Positions 50,270 through 58,765 of a DNA stretch of 64,000 bases are shown here, in pieces. Under the pieces are notes generated by a model. The model was not told the DNA's origin and did not search any database. It was given only the letters and a program-made list of their open reading frames with translations. The translations under genes were made by a program, and so were the position numbers. Numbering within the stretch: the first letter of the stretch is position 1; the number at the start of each line of letters is the position of its first letter. This DNA is from Dehalococcoidia bacterium (lineage in GTDB: Bacteria; Chloroflexota; Dehalococcoidia; Lucifugimonadales; UBA1127). Location: positions 204,514 to 268,513 of the forward strand of contig CBDBGD010000008.1 of assembly GCA_965205235.1 (NCBI GenBank). Direction: 5' to 3'.

Positions 50270-50451
50270 TGCCGCCTCCCCTTCGGGTTCTCTCTATTGT
50301 ACCGTTTCCCGGCCGCGATTGTATGGTGCGACCTGTGAGATAGAATGACATGCGGGTCATGACCTTGGTAGCCTGTATGCAGTGGGAGCAGGTGCAGCAC
50401 GCGTGACCGGCCCTTAAACTCGCCACCGATTTCCGGAGGAGGCACACGGAC

Positions 50452-51138
50452 TTGAGAGCGGCGTTCGCCATGGTCAGTCTTGCAGCGCTCATGGCCGCGC
50501 TGTCGGCGTGCGGGGAGGACGCGGGACCCGCGGCCACTGCGGCGGACCCGACTCCGGCGGTGACGCCCTCCGCTGCAGCCGCGCAGGCGACCGCGCCAAC
50601 CCCTGCCCCACCCACACCGGTATCCACGCCGTCGCTGAGCCCCCTGCCTGCCGCCTTCTCCCCCGGCGACCGTTCGGACGGGTCACAGGGCCCGTACGAA
50701 GCGCCGGACTTCACGCTGGCGGACGGGTTCGGCGAGAAAGTCGTCCTCGCAGACCTCTTGGGAGAATACGAGGCCGTCGTTCTCGTCTTCTACCGAGGCT
50801 TCTTCTGAGGCATCTGCCAGCAGCAGCTGGTCCAGCTGCAGGTCTCATACCCGGAGTTCATGAGCCGCAACGTCGAGCTGGTCGCCATCAGCACCGACGC
50901 GCGACCGGACGCCCTGGAAATGATGGCGCTGTCGGGGGCCAAGTTCCCGGTGCTGACGGACCCGGACGGCGCGACCGCCCGCAGCTACGGCGTGTTCGAC
51001 CTTCTGGGCGACGGCGTTGCCACGCCCGCGACCTTCATCGTGCGGGAGGACAGGAGCATCGGGTGGTACCGGGTCGGCGTGGATATCGTCGACAGAGCCA
51101 CGGTCGAGGAGATCATGACCGCGCTGGACGGCTCGTAG
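50452..51138 (+). CDS. AhpC/TSA (peroxiredoxin-like) lipoprotein selenoprotein, UxxC
   Basis: APDFTL...VLVFYRGFF-TGA-GIC continues in frame into VAIS.D...FP.L.D...YGV...PATFIV; downstream SECIS-like hairpin. Confidence 0.85.
50823..50839 (+). promoter_or_regulatory. candidate bacterial SECIS apical stem-loop
   Basis: GCAGCTG-GTC-CAGCTGC, loop about 21 nt after the in-frame TGA (50806-50808). Confidence 0.6.
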
Positions 51139-51166
51139 CGCCGTGGGGCGGGAGATGGCCCCGCGC

Positions 51167-51691
51167 CTACCCCGGCTCCAGGTGCGTGAGCAGCCACTCG
51201 CCGTCGAACTGCTCGTAGATGAACACGATGTTCACCGACCCGCCGGTGAAGCTCGCCTTGTGCTTGGTCTCCCACTTGCCCGGTGCGGTCTCGGTGGGCG
51301 GCGACGTCTCCTCCGGCGTAATCCGTAGGCCGCGGTTCTGGAACGGCTGCATCTCCAACCGGGTCTGCTCTTCCCGCTCCTGCCAGTAGCTCTCCTCGTA
51401 GAAGACCTTCAGCCCCTCCAGGTCGTACGTGTTGTAGACCTCCCACAGCTGCATGCTCTTCTCGCGCAGGTGCGCCACAAGCTCCGTCGTGTCGCTCGAC
51501 CCAGCTGCAGCCTCTCCCGACGCGCTCTCGGCGGGCGTGGGCTCGGCCTGAGGCGCAGCGGCGGCCGGTGCTGGGGCGGGTCTGTCGGAGGCCGCGGCGC
51601 TCGTCTCCTCCTCCTCCGCTGAGCCGCCGCACGCAGCCAGGGCCAGGGACAGCGCCAGGATGACCGCCAGTGCCGTTCGCCGATGCGGCAT
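51167..51691 (-). CDS. hypothetical lipoprotein
   Basis: LAACG lipobox, Ala/Pro linker, small alpha/beta domain. Confidence 0.7.
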   Translation of the reverse strand: MPHRRTALAVILALSLALAACGGSAEEEETSAAASDRPAPAPAAAAPQAEPTPAESASGEAAAGSSDTTELVAHLREKSMQLWEVYNTYDLEGLKVFYEESYWQEREEQTRLEMQPFQNRGLRITPEETSPPTETAPGKWETKHKASFTGGSVNIVFIYEQFDGEWLLTHLEPG

Positions 51692-51813
51692 TCCGTCTTC
51701 TCCTCAGCCTGCCACTTACGTATGCAACTAGCTCGATGGCAAAGGGTAGTGAAGACTGGCCCGTGCGTCAACAAACACGGGGACTGCCGCCCGGCGTGCG
51801 TGAGGACGGCGGG

Positions 51814-53181
51814 CTACCCGCCGCGCTCCTCCAGCAGGTCCGCCGCCTCCGTCGCGGCCTTGTGGCCGCTGGACAGCGCGCCGTTGACTGACGGAATGCC
51901 CATGTAGTCGCCCGCCAGGAACAGGTTGCCGATGCTCTCCGCCAACTGCCCCGGCGCCTCCGCCAGTGCGGCCAGCATTCCCGGCGTTCCCATGCACAGC
52001 GCCTCCTCCCAGCGGTACACGCGATGGAACAGCCCCTCGTCGTCCCCCGGAAGCGCCGACCCTGGCGGCGCCTTCCGGCGAGCGGCCCCGAGCATCTGGC
52101 GCTTGATCTCTTCGTCATCGAGCGGTATGAGCTCCTTTGCCCGTTCGCGTCCGATGAGCAGGTCCAGGATGCTCTTGCCTGCAGGAGCGCAGGCGGGGAG
52201 GAAGGCGGACCGGTTCAACAGCAGCGGAGTGTCGTCGTCCTCCGGGAAGAGCGCGCCGTGCCAGCCGGGAGGAAGCGGCGAGCGGTCCATGCCTATCACC
52301 ACCCGGCAGCCTGTCGAGTAGCTGACGGTGCCGAGCGCGCGGCGGGTCGCTTCCGGCAGTTCGGGGATGAGGCCTGTGACCTTGGTGCCGGGGACGGCGC
52401 AGATGACCGCGTCCGCTTCGATGGTGTTGCCGTCCACCACGACGCTCGTGGCCCGCCCGCCGTCGACGATGATGCGTCTGACGGGCGTGGACGTTCGGAT
52501 CGCATCGGAGCAGACGTCGCCTAGCGCTGCGCTCAGGGAGCCGATGCCGCGCTCCGGCATGTACACCCTGCCGCTGCTCAGCATCGTCTCACCGATGTAC
52601 GCCCGCATCAGCGCTTGGCCGGCGGGCATTGGATCGCCCAGCACCATCTCCAGCGGCCCGCCGAGCGTCACCCGGAGCTTCTCCGGCACGCGCAGGCGCT
52701 GCAGGTAGTCGCCGTAGGACTCGGCGTCGTCGATCTCGGCGAGGGGGCTGTTGCTGGCGAAGCTCATGTACTCCGCCTCGCGGTAGAGCTGCCGCATCAC
52801 CTTCAAGCTTGCCCGCATCCCGGAGGGTGACAGGAACCCCATGGCCATGGCCGATGGAAGCTGCCGCACGATGTTCCAGAACGACTGGTCCGGTGTCGTG
52901 GTGACCCACCGCCCGCTGCGGCGATGCCCGAACTTCATCTGCGAGGGCACCAGCGGGAGCCCCAGCTCCTCGCAGATGCGGAACGCCGTGTCGTAGGTGG
53001 AGGTGAAGACGAATGCGCCCCTGTCCAGGGAGAAGCCGTCGACCATTTCGCCGCTGCCGCGCCCTCCAACTCGCTCTTGGGCCTCGAGCAGGAGGGGCGT
53101 GATGCCCCGTTTCATCAGCGTGTAGGCCGCGCTGAGGCCGGCGAAGCCCCCGCCAACTATCACGACTCGCTGAGTGCTCAT
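51814..53181 (-). CDS. FAD-dependent oxidoreductase (amine oxidase / protoporphyrinogen oxidase family)
   Basis: VGGGFAGL.AA, E....GGR, D.GA, LFLAGDY....GA..SG. Confidence 0.88.
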   Translation of the reverse strand: MSTQRVVIVGGGFAGLSAAYTLMKRGITPLLLEAQERVGGRGSGEMVDGFSLDRGAFVFTSTYDTAFRICEELGLPLVPSQMKFGHRRSGRWVTTTPDQSFWNIVRQLPSAMAMGFLSPSGMRASLKVMRQLYREAEYMSFASNSPLAEIDDAESYGDYLQRLRVPEKLRVTLGGPLEMVLGDPMPAGQALMRAYIGETMLSSGRVYMPERGIGSLSAALGDVCSDAIRTSTPVRRIIVDGGRATSVVVDGNTIEADAVICAVPGTKVTGLIPELPEATRRALGTVSYSTGCRVVIGMDRSPLPPGWHGALFPEDDDTPLLLNRSAFLPACAPAGKSILDLLIGRERAKELIPLDDEEIKRQMLGAARRKAPPGSALPGDDEGLFHRVYRWEEALCMGTPGMLAALAEAPGQLAESIGNLFLAGDYMGIPSVNGALSSGHKAATEAADLLEERGG

Positions 53182-53259
53182 AGGCGCGGCGCCCTCCTCG
53201 CCGCCACGATATTATGGCACAGGCGCCCTCCGCACGTTCTTCGAGCTTGGCGAAGAGGC

Positions 53260-54156
53260 CTAGGGCGCTCCTGTGTCCGTTAGCCGTTCGCTCAGGTCCC
53301 AGAGACCGGAGGCCAGCCCGGCGTCGTAGCTCAGGGCAGACGATGGGACGGGGCGACCGGCCACGAAGTACTGCCCTGTGGTCCCCTCCACCTCTGGCGA
53401 GGTTGCCAGGTAGACCACCTCCTGCGCCGCTTTCGAGGGGTCGATTCCCAGGACGCCGACCACGGCGTTGACTGCCAGACCCAGGAGGCCGTTGTTGCGT
53501 GCCATGTTGGTGCGGACCAGACCGGGGTGCATGGCGTTGACGGTCACCCCCGAACCTTCGAGTCGTCGGGCTAACTCGCAGGTGAACAGCAGGTTGCACA
53601 GCTTGGAGCGAGCGTAGGCCCGGTGACGGCCGCTGTGGTCGGGGTCGGGCAGGTCTTCCAGCGATAGGTTGTCGACCGAACGGTGGTAGCTCGAGGAGAC
53701 GTTGACGACCCGTGCCGGGGCGGAGTCCTTCAGCAGGTCCAAGAGCAGCGTGGTCAACAGGAAGTGTCCCAGGTGATTCAGAGCGAAGGTCATTTCGATG
53801 CCGTCGACGCTGCGGCGCTTGGAGAGGAACACAGCGCCGGCGTTGTTCACCAGGACGTCCAGCCTTGGCAGCTGCTCCCTGGCCTGGCCGGCCAGCCTGC
53901 GCACGTCTGCTTGCGACGACAGGTCCGTCGCCAGGTGACTGACTCGGTGGTTGCCGGTCTCCTCGACGATACGCGCTACGGCTGCGGCAGTCTTCGCGGC
54001 GCTCCGGCTGGCGATGACAACGGTCGCACCCAAGCGGGCCAGCTCCCGGGTGGCCTCAAGGCCGATGCCGCTGCTGCCGCCGGTTATCAGGCAGGTCTTC
54101 CCTTCCATGTGTGGTGTGTCCATCAGCGCAACTTGCCTCGGTTCATGCGTAGCCAT
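53260..54156 (-). CDS. SDR oxidoreductase (retinol dehydrogenase-like)
   Basis: TGGSSGIG, NNAG, NHLGHF, YARSK, HPG.V.T. Confidence 0.92.
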   Translation of the reverse strand: MATHEPRQVALMDTPHMEGKTCLITGGSSGIGLEATRELARLGATVVIASRSAAKTAAAVARIVEETGNHRVSHLATDLSSQADVRRLAGQAREQLPRLDVLVNNAGAVFLSKRRSVDGIEMTFALNHLGHFLLTTLLLDLLKDSAPARVVNVSSSYHRSVDNLSLEDLPDPDHSGRHRAYARSKLCNLLFTCELARRLEGSGVTVNAMHPGLVRTNMARNNGLLGLAVNAVVGVLGIDPSKAAQEVVYLATSPEVEGTTGQYFVAGRPVPSSALSYDAGLASGLWDLSERLTDTGAP

Positions 54157-55942
54157 AGTCTCGGAACCAGCGCACCGAGACCGTCACGACCTCCCAACCA
54201 CCTGCACAGTCGTCGTTGTCGACAGTCGTAATCGTCGCAGTTCCGGTGCTGACAGTCTCCCCCGCGGCCAGACGGCCCCAAAGGCAATACGGTGGAGCCA
54301 ATGAGGCTTCATATGCTCTAGCGAGTCTCAGCCGTACGGCACGCCTGAAAGCTGGTGGGCCGGACTTGACGGTAGACAGAACCGAGCCGTTCAGCATGAT
54401 GTCCTCCGCCTTCCGGCCGGGTATCCGGCTGTCGTCCGGCATGGGCACGGTGTACCGGACGACAGCCTTCCCGGGCATGATGACGATCTCCTTGACGAAG
54501 GTCTGGATGAAGGCCCGGCGCTCGGTGAGCTCGCTCTCCCTGAGAAACTCGCTCATGTCCTGTGCGTAGGCCGCAATCGTTTCCACGTCGTCCAGGACCT
54601 CTCTGCGCTGGGACAGAATCGCCCTGGCTTCGGACGCCGCGGCTTCAAGGCGCTCCTGCCGATCGCGGTGCTCCCTGATGCGGTCCGAGGCGTCGGCCAT
54701 CTGGACGTTGTCGGTTGACTCGATGTACATCCAGATTCGACCCAGCTTGCGCTTCACGTCCTCAAGCTCATCCTCGATGGTCGCAAGCCGCTGGTTCTGC
54801 TCGGCAGTCACCCCGTCCATCTGCTCGTCCACGACCTTCACAAGGGCGTGGATGTTGCCCTCGGTGAGGATGTTGGAGCGGATGCTACCGACGATCATCT
54901 CCTCGAAGCGCCTGGCGTTGATCCTGGGAGCGTCGCAGGCATCCTTGCCGTGCTTCATGATGGACTGGCAGACGTAGTAGGAGAACTGGCCGCTCTTGGC
55001 GTCGTGGCCGCTGAAGGCCCGATTGCACGCCTTGCACTTGACCAGACCGCTGAGCATGTAGGTGCTCCCTACACGGCGGGGGTGAGTCCTGTTGGGCGCC
55101 CGGGAGCTCATCAGCCGCTTCACACGGAGGAACTGGGCCTTGGAGACGATGCCGGGGAACGCATTCTCTACGCGCACCGGCTCGGCCTTGCCCTTCCCAT
55201 TGAGGCCCCAGACCAGAGTGCCCATGTAGACTTCGTTTCTGAGCATGTTGTGAACAACCGTCTTCGACCATCGCTTGCCGGCGGGGCTGGCGATGCCCTC
55301 GTCGTTCAGGGTCTTGGCGATGTCGAGCATCCCCTTACCGGATTCGGCCATGTCGAAGATGCGCTTGATCACGTGAGACAAGTCCTCGTCAGGGTCCAGC
55401 CTAGGCCGCTTCTTGGCCCCGTCCTGCACCATCAGCTTGCGGTAGCCGTAGGGGACCCTGCTGGTGACCCAGAAGCCCCTGGACGCCGACTCGCGCATCC
55501 CTCGCGTGACCTCCTGGGCCAGATTCTCGCTGTAGAACTCGTCGACGCTTTCGATGATTCCCTCCAGCAACTTGCCGGTGGGGGAGTCGTCGGCCTGCTC
55601 GGTGATGGAGACGACGCGTACTCCCTTGCGTCGGAGCATGGACTTGAAGGCGACCGCGTGCTCACGCCTGCGGGTGAAGCGGCTGAACTTCCAGACCAAG
55701 ATTTCTTCGAAGGGGGCATCGGTCTTGGTGGCTTCGTCGATCATCTTGCGGAACTCAGGGCGGTCGGCTACGCGGCCGCTCTCGGCCTCGTCCACGTACT
55801 CGCGGGCGACGACATAGCCGTTCTTGTTTGCGTAGTCCCTGAGCGCCCTCATCTGGGCGGCGACGGACAGGTCCACGTCCTGGCGGTCGCTGGAGACCCT
55901 CGCGTAGAGGGCTGCGGGTGTGTAGTCTTGCTCGCTACTCAT
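54143..55942 (-). CDS. large serine recombinase
   Basis: YARVSS, ESG...RP, SRF.R, PYGY, LSGLVKC..C...YY.C zinc ribbon, coiled coil. Confidence 0.95.
   Translation of the reverse strand: MSSEQDYTPAALYARVSSDRQDVDLSVAAQMRALRDYANKNGYVVAREYVDEAESGRVADRPEFRKMIDEATKTDAPFEEILVWKFSRFTRRREHAVAFKSMLRRKGVRVVSITEQADDSPTGKLLEGIIESVDEFYSENLAQEVTRGMRESASRGFWVTSRVPYGYRKLMVQDGAKKRPRLDPDEDLSHVIKRIFDMAESGKGMLDIAKTLNDEGIASPAGKRWSKTVVHNMLRNEVYMGTLVWGLNGKGKAEPVRVENAFPGIVSKAQFLRVKRLMSSRAPNRTHPRRVGSTYMLSGLVKCKACNRAFSGHDAKSGQFSYYVCQSIMKHGKDACDAPRINARRFEEMIVGSIRSNILTEGNIHALVKVVDEQMDGVTAEQNQRLATIEDELEDVKRKLGRIWMYIESTDNVQMADASDRIREHRDRQERLEAAASEARAILSQRREVLDDVETIAAYAQDMSEFLRESELTERRAFIQTFVKEIVIMPGKAVVRYTVPMPDDSRIPGRKAEDIMLNGSVLSTVKSGPPAFRRAVRLRLARAYEASLAPPYCLWGRLAAGETVSTGTATITTVDNDDCAGGWEVVTVSVRWFRDYGYA
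54353..54361 (-). other. candidate att core resembling a tRNA 3' end (GGCCCACCA)
   Basis: Lies where recombinase-like sequence ends (VKSGPP). Confidence 0.45.
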
Positions 55943-56156
55943 CGGTTGGTCCTCCTCGTGCGGGGCGTCTATTCCTGCGGGCCTCGACCCGTTGACGACG
56001 CTGCGTTCGCAGCCACTCCTGGTCGTCCAAATACATCCGGATCGCCTCTCGCAGGAACTCGCTCATGGTCCGGTCTTCCTCTTCTATGAATCTCCTGACC
56101 TGCTCGTCCATCTCCGGGGGGAGGGACAGAGTTATGGTCTTTCTCTTTCTGGGCAT
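55935..56156 (-). CDS. CopG/RHH regulator
   Basis: TITLSLP.EM...RTMSEFLREAIR.Y; overlaps the recombinase start. Confidence 0.88.
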   Translation of the reverse strand: MPRKRKTITLSLPPEMDEQVRRFIEEEDRTMSEFLREAIRMYLDDQEWLRTQRRQRVEARRNRRPARGGPTDE

Positions 56157-56171
56157 TTCTCAACCCTTTGG

Positions 56172-56223
56172 GGTAACACCGGGTGTTACCGGCATTGTAG
56201 GCGAACAGGAATACAGTTGTCAA
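56172..56223 (-). promoter_or_regulatory. promoter (TTGACA-18-TACAAT) with perfect palindromic operator
   Basis: -35 at 56218-56223, -10 at 56194-56199, GGTAACACC-G-GGTGTTACC at 56172-56190. Confidence 0.7.
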
Positions 56224-56233
56224 GGATGCGCAG

Positions 56234-57161
56234 TGTTATGCGTAGATATCCGACAGTGCCTGCCCTCCTCTCCTCAATGGTGGTTCCAGGCCAAGGCTCA
56301 GGTGGGGTCGGTGATAGTGGTACCGCTCCAAGAACCGTTCCACGTTGCTCCGACACCCGGACAGGTCCTCGACACCATACCGCACCCAGCCCAGGCACTC
56401 CTTGCGCAGCGTCCGGTTGAAGCTCTCGATGTAGGCCTGCTCGTTCTTCTTGTACGGCCGGGCAACGCGGTGGTGCTGGCAGTAGGTCAGCACCCGGTCT
56501 GCGAAAGCCTCTTTGAACTCACTGCCCCCATCGGTTTGGATCAGTTCCACCCTGCCGTCGAAGCGCCGGGCCATGGCCAGCTCCAGGAACGCACAGCCGT
56601 AGGCGGCCGTCAGCGCTGGCGCCAGGAAGACGTCTGCCTCTCTGGTGTAGATGTCGATGCCCGTGAAGGCAAAGAGACCGCCGAAGAACACGGTGTCCAT
56701 CTGGACCACCTGACGAGGGCCGCCGGCGACCGGCACGGGTCCCCGGGGGCGGTGCTTCTTCCACCTGGAGCGGATGACGTACTTCTCCCGAAGGATCTCA
56801 TACACCTTGGGCACGGACAGATGCACCCCATATTCCCGTTCCAGGAAGTAGACGATCTTCTGCCCGCAGCACCCGGACTCCCGCTCTCGGATGGCCCACA
56901 CCCAGCGCTTCACGACCGGGTCGACCTGCCGCTTTGGGCGCGGCCCTTTCTTCGCCTGCTGATAGCGGTCGAGGAAAGGCAGCAGCCCCTCCTGCTGGAT
57001 GCCGCAGATCCAGAGGTGCACCGTCTCCCGGTGTTTCCCCAGGCGTTGGGCGATCCGAGCTTTCGGGACGCCCTGCTGGTACAGCTCCCAGGCCAGCGCA
57101 ATCATCGTGAGGTTTGACATGTCCATGAGCATACATGGACTGTCGGATTTCTACGGCAACA
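56234..57161. mobile_element. IS481-like insertion sequence (928 bp)
   Basis: TGT...ACA ends; imperfect IRs TGTTATGCGTAGATATCCGACAGT and TGTTGCCGTAGAAATCCGACAGT; no clear target duplication. Confidence 0.8.
56236..57126 (-). CDS. DDE (rve) transposase
   Basis: HTH N-terminus, QMDT, QTDGGSEF, N...ESFNRT, Y...RPH.SL. Confidence 0.9.
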   Translation of the reverse strand: MDMSNLTMIALAWELYQQGVPKARIAQRLGKHRETVHLWICGIQQEGLLPFLDRYQQAKKGPRPKRQVDPVVKRWVWAIRERESGCCGQKIVYFLEREYGVHLSVPKVYEILREKYVIRSRWKKHRPRGPVPVAGGPRQVVQMDTVFFGGLFAFTGIDIYTREADVFLAPALTAAYGCAFLELAMARRFDGRVELIQTDGGSEFKEAFADRVLTYCQHHRVARPYKKNEQAYIESFNRTLRKECLGWVRYGVEDLSGCRSNVERFLERYHYHRPHLSLGLEPPLRRGGQALSDIYA

Positions 57162-57328
57162 TTGCGGGTCGGCGAGCCCGACGGTTAGGCTTCGAAGATT
57201 GGGGGGGCGACTCCCTTTGTCTCCATTCACCGCGTCCCCTTGGTCAGAATGTCGAAACCTTCGCTCAGATCAACCTCTGTCCTCTTGATTGAACAGAGAA
57301 CGTGAATGCTCGCAAGGCGGTGCCCCTC

Positions 57329-58729
57329 CTAATCGCCCGGATCTTTGGTGAGCCTTTCGATTAGAGCAGGTGCAACCAATAGCATGGGCTTCCCGTCCAG
57401 CAGTGTGACGCAGCCGCTTATAGTGATCCTGTCACCAAGATTGACGCCCTTGAGTTGGTCCCGCTCCTTCTCGGTTGCGAAGAAGCACTCGACTTGGGTG
57501 AAGAATGTTTCGTCCCACAGAGCCAGTTCTACCTTCCCGGGTTGCCCATATGCTGCATGCACGACCCTGATGTCATAGATAACCCCCCTCAGCGTGCGAC
57601 ATTCAGAGTGATATGTTGGCCCTCCTGTTGGTTCATCCCTGTGGCTGGGCCACAGCAGCAGGTCTGGCTCGTCTGCTCGGATTTCACCGACGAGCGATAC
57701 CCACTTGCCGTCAAGGCCGTGGTAATCCTCGGCGTCCCGCTTGTAGAACTGGGCAACTACCTCGCGCTGGCGTTCTTCGGAGTTGACCACAACCTCGACG
57801 ACGCCATACGGGTCAAACCCGTCGGGTATCCTCACCGCCCGTACGCGACCTTCTACCAGAGCCGGTACGGACCGGGGCCTAGGCTTGCCTTCATCATCCT
57901 CTGCGCTTGGGGATGTGGTCGTCGTGATGCTGACCTTGATTGGCGAGTTGTCTCTGAACACCCGGTTCGAGGCAGACAACAGGAAATCGGAGGCACTCAA
58001 TAGCTTGGGCATATCTAAGGAGAGATCAGGAGAGGTGAGGTCGGTGATGTACCTCCACTTCTTGTAGAGTCTATTGTTCTCTGAGAGGAATTCCCGGAAG
58101 CTACCCTCGAAGTGGGCTCTCTTTGCATCCGACTGGTTCCACCAGTTCTCCAGCTGCTTCTTCTCTTCCTCATCAAGCAAATTGAATAGGTCGATGAGGT
58201 CGTGCGTTCGCCATTGCCGGATGTCTCCGGGGTTCGACGATGCCAACTTTCCCAGAACTTCCAGATACGCCTTGAGTGACAGCTCAAGGGTGAGGGCGAC
58301 CTGCTGCGCGTAGGCCAAGGCCTGGCCCTTGCCCGCGTCGGTGTTCCAGAAGTGACCGTTCTCACCGTGGTGATCGAACATTCCCTTCAGGTTGATGCCG
58401 GACACCGGAATCAACCTTGATGCCTCGTAGTACATTCTCGCGAGGTGCGTGAATGTTGTGATGCCGGGGACCTCGGTTGCGAGTGACTTGACGTCCAAAC
58501 TCAGCGCAACTGCTTTCTTCTTTTCCGCCTCTGTGAACTTCCGCTGGTTTCCCTTCTTGTCTACGGCGGCTATCACGTGGACATGCTTTTGCGAGATTGG
58601 ATGTACTGGTATCTCACTGCCGTGGCGTTGCGTGACCGTGGCGAAACAGGCAGCGGCATCTTCCAGACTGGAGTGGGCTCCATGTATTTGAGAACACCGG
58701 GCGAAAATGCTGAATACTTCGTAGGGCAT
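57329..58729 (-). CDS. HEPN-like domain plus two putative OB folds
   Basis: ELSLKA...THDL...WRY, then two beta-rich repeats (VEGRV..VSLVGEI and LRGVI..LWDET..GDRITISG); low GC. Confidence 0.6.
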   Translation of the reverse strand: MPYEVFSIFARCSQIHGAHSSLEDAAACFATVTQRHGSEIPVHPISQKHVHVIAAVDKKGNQRKFTEAEKKKAVALSLDVKSLATEVPGITTFTHLARMYYEASRLIPVSGINLKGMFDHHGENGHFWNTDAGKGQALAYAQQVALTLELSLKAYLEVLGKLASSNPGDIRQWRTHDLIDLFNLLDEEEKKQLENWWNQSDAKRAHFEGSFREFLSENNRLYKKWRYITDLTSPDLSLDMPKLLSASDFLLSASNRVFRDNSPIKVSITTTTSPSAEDDEGKPRPRSVPALVEGRVRAVRIPDGFDPYGVVEVVVNSEERQREVVAQFYKRDAEDYHGLDGKWVSLVGEIRADEPDLLLWPSHRDEPTGGPTYHSECRTLRGVIYDIRVVHAAYGQPGKVELALWDETFFTQVECFFATEKERDQLKGVNLGDRITISGCVTLLDGKPMLLVAPALIERLTKDPGD

Positions 58730-58765
58730 GCTCAGCGGCTCCTCTTCGGCCTTCGGAGGGTCGTT

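Noticed and set aside
54280-54365. tRNA or tmRNA gene at the element junction
   Set aside because: Only CCACCA-like 3' ends are present, with no T-loop or cloverleaf; treated as a candidate att remnant.
57162-57328. Possible gene remnant (DLSEGFD) beside the IS
   Set aside because: Too short and interrupted by stops to support a call.
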